From the sequence record MN850610.1: DNA of 64,000 nt, one strand, 5' to 3'. The translations under genes and the position numbers were made by a program. The notes beneath the pieces were generated by a model. The model searched no databases. It saw only the letters and a program-made list of their open reading frames with translations, and had not been told where the DNA came from. The stretch is from Escherichia phage Andreotti. Position 1 is the stretch's first letter. Every line of letters starts with the position of its first letter. Of this stretch, positions 62,972-64,000 are shown in pieces.

Positions 62972-63220
62972 TTAGTTAATGCCTTCTTTGTCGTAGTACA
63001 GGGATACAATTTTTTCACCCCAATAGTGATAAGTGTAACCCTCTTTGAGAACTTCCTCTTTTGTTTCTTTCCAGAATTCATCAGAGGGGTTGTAGTCACT
63101 GATGGTCTGGCTGATAAGGCCTTTCACCATTTCAAAGGCGTTATCAGTACCTACAAGGTCAAATTTAACGTCCAGAGAGTAGAAGCCAAATTCGTTAACA
63201 GTTGCGCGGATAGTAGCCAT
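62972..63220 (-). CDS. hypothetical protein (82 aa)
   Basis: RBS GGAGA 7 nt upstream of ATG; preferred over overlapping plus-strand ORF 62888-63247. Confidence 0.5.
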   Translation of the reverse strand: MATIRATVNEFGFYSLDVKFDLVGTDNAFEMVKGLISQTISDYNPSDEFWKETKEEVLKEGYTYHYWGEKIVSLYYDKEGIN

Positions 63221-63299
63221 TTTAGAATCTCCAGTTTAGGAAGTTGATTAAGGGTTTTGTTTAGCGGGGAAGGTCATCCCCTCCCCGTTGATTGACAAT

Positions 63300-63830
63300 T
63301 TACAGACTTTTGATTGTTTCGTCAATATCTTTTTCAATATCTTTTAAAGTTTTTTCTAAGTTCTTGATATTGAAAGATAAACCTTCTCCCAGTGTCTTAG
63401 AGTAACCGCTAGGTCGATGGTCGTAAAGCTCGATTTCTTCCACTTCGAAGAGGCTAACAGTCCAACCGCCTACGCCATAGGCTGAAGCAACAGAGTTTTC
63501 AGGGGCTTTATAGAACTTGTTAAGATTCTGGATAGAACGCTCATAAGCCATTTTATAGCCGTTTAAAAGGTTTTTAACGTGGTTACGAACGTTTTTACAC
63601 TCATCTAAGTAAATCTCTAAGAATAACGGCAATAATTCCGCTACAGCTTGCATAAAGTGAGAGACTACAACGGTTGCAACATTACGACGATGTACATAAT
63701 AAGCCCCGTTTTCTGACTTAGTGATGGTTGCAAAGTGTACCCCATTGCAGCGAAATTCGTAGGTATCTTTAACAGGCTTAGACATTACAGCATTTGAACG
63801 AATGTAGTTGATAGCTTGAAATTTGTTCAT
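63300..63830 (-). CDS. hypothetical protein (176 aa)
   Basis: track ORF 63300-63857 trimmed to ATG 63830 (MNKFQAINY...) with AGGAGA RBS; upstream codons of track ORF read through the palindrome centre. Confidence 0.55.
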   Translation of the reverse strand: MNKFQAINYIRSNAVMSKPVKDTYEFRCNGVHFATITKSENGAYYVHRRNVATVVVSHFMQAVAELLPLFLEIYLDECKNVRNHVKNLLNGYKMAYERSIQNLNKFYKAPENSVASAYGVGGWTVSLFEVEEIELYDHRPSGYSKTLGEGLSFNIKNLEKTLKDIEKDIDETIKSL

Positions 63831-64000
63831 TTTAGAATCTCCTAGTTTAAGGACCACTAAATAAAGTCCTTAAACTAGGAGATTCTAAAATGAACAAATT
63901 TCAAGCTATCAACTACATTCGTTCAAATGCTGTAATGTCTAAGCCTGTTAAAGATACCTACGAATTTCGCTGCAATGGGGTACACTTTGCAACCATCACT
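63712..64000. repeat. long perfect inverted repeat (palindrome) centred near 63862, truncated by window end
   Basis: plus 63879-64000 is the exact reverse complement of about 63721-63840; inner arms CCTAGTTTAAGGAC / GTCCTTAAACTAGG flank an 11-nt loop. Confidence 0.85.
63888..64000 (+). CDS. mirror copy of the 5' end of gene 63300-63830 (partial; continues past window)
   Basis: plus strand encodes MNKFQAINYIRSNAVMSKPVKDTYEFRCNGVHFATIT, identical to N-terminus of the minus-strand gene. Confidence 0.35.

Noticed and set aside
62888-63247. 119-aa plus-strand ORF
   Set aside because: Overlaps minus-strand ORF 62972-63220, which has a clear GGAGA RBS and more protein-like composition; the plus frame runs through a terminator hairpin.

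Overview
AT-rich, densely coded segment of a tailed dsDNA phage genome (no host-type genes, no integrase or repressor module recognised). (1) 1-22.6 kb: nucleotide-metabolism and replication module: class I RNR large subunit (partial at window start), flap endonuclease, T7-like primase-helicase, dNMP kinase, family A DNA polymerase, ATP-dependent DNA ligase, DHFR and thymidylate synthase, interspersed with HNH/AP2 and GIY-YIG-like homing-endonuclease genes. (2) 22.6-46.3 kb, minus strand: contractile-tail virion module with Mu/P2-like baseplate gene order (fibres, baseplate, tape measure, tube, sheath, capsid, protease/scaffold, portal, large terminase). (3) 46.5-51.8 kb: array of about 26 minus-strand tRNA genes (manual folds, anticodons tentative) with embedded small ORFs, an HNH gene and unexplained structured non-coding elements, followed by a vWA-domain protein. 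(4) 54.1-61.3 kb: plus-strand operon of small genes ending in an Ig-like-repeat protein and a GH24-type endolysin. Most unusual non-coding content: a 1.5 kb ORF-free field of helically phased TAACA-type iterons between convergent terminators (61.36-62.90 kb); a long perfect palindrome cut by the window end (63.71-64.0 kb); and a family of GT-rich composite repeats with covarying hairpins bracketing a two-gene cassette (17.2-19.0 kb). The module content is reminiscent of Felix O1-like myoviruses, but that is inference only. All protein calls rest on motifs read from the supplied translations and on gene order; no database search was run.
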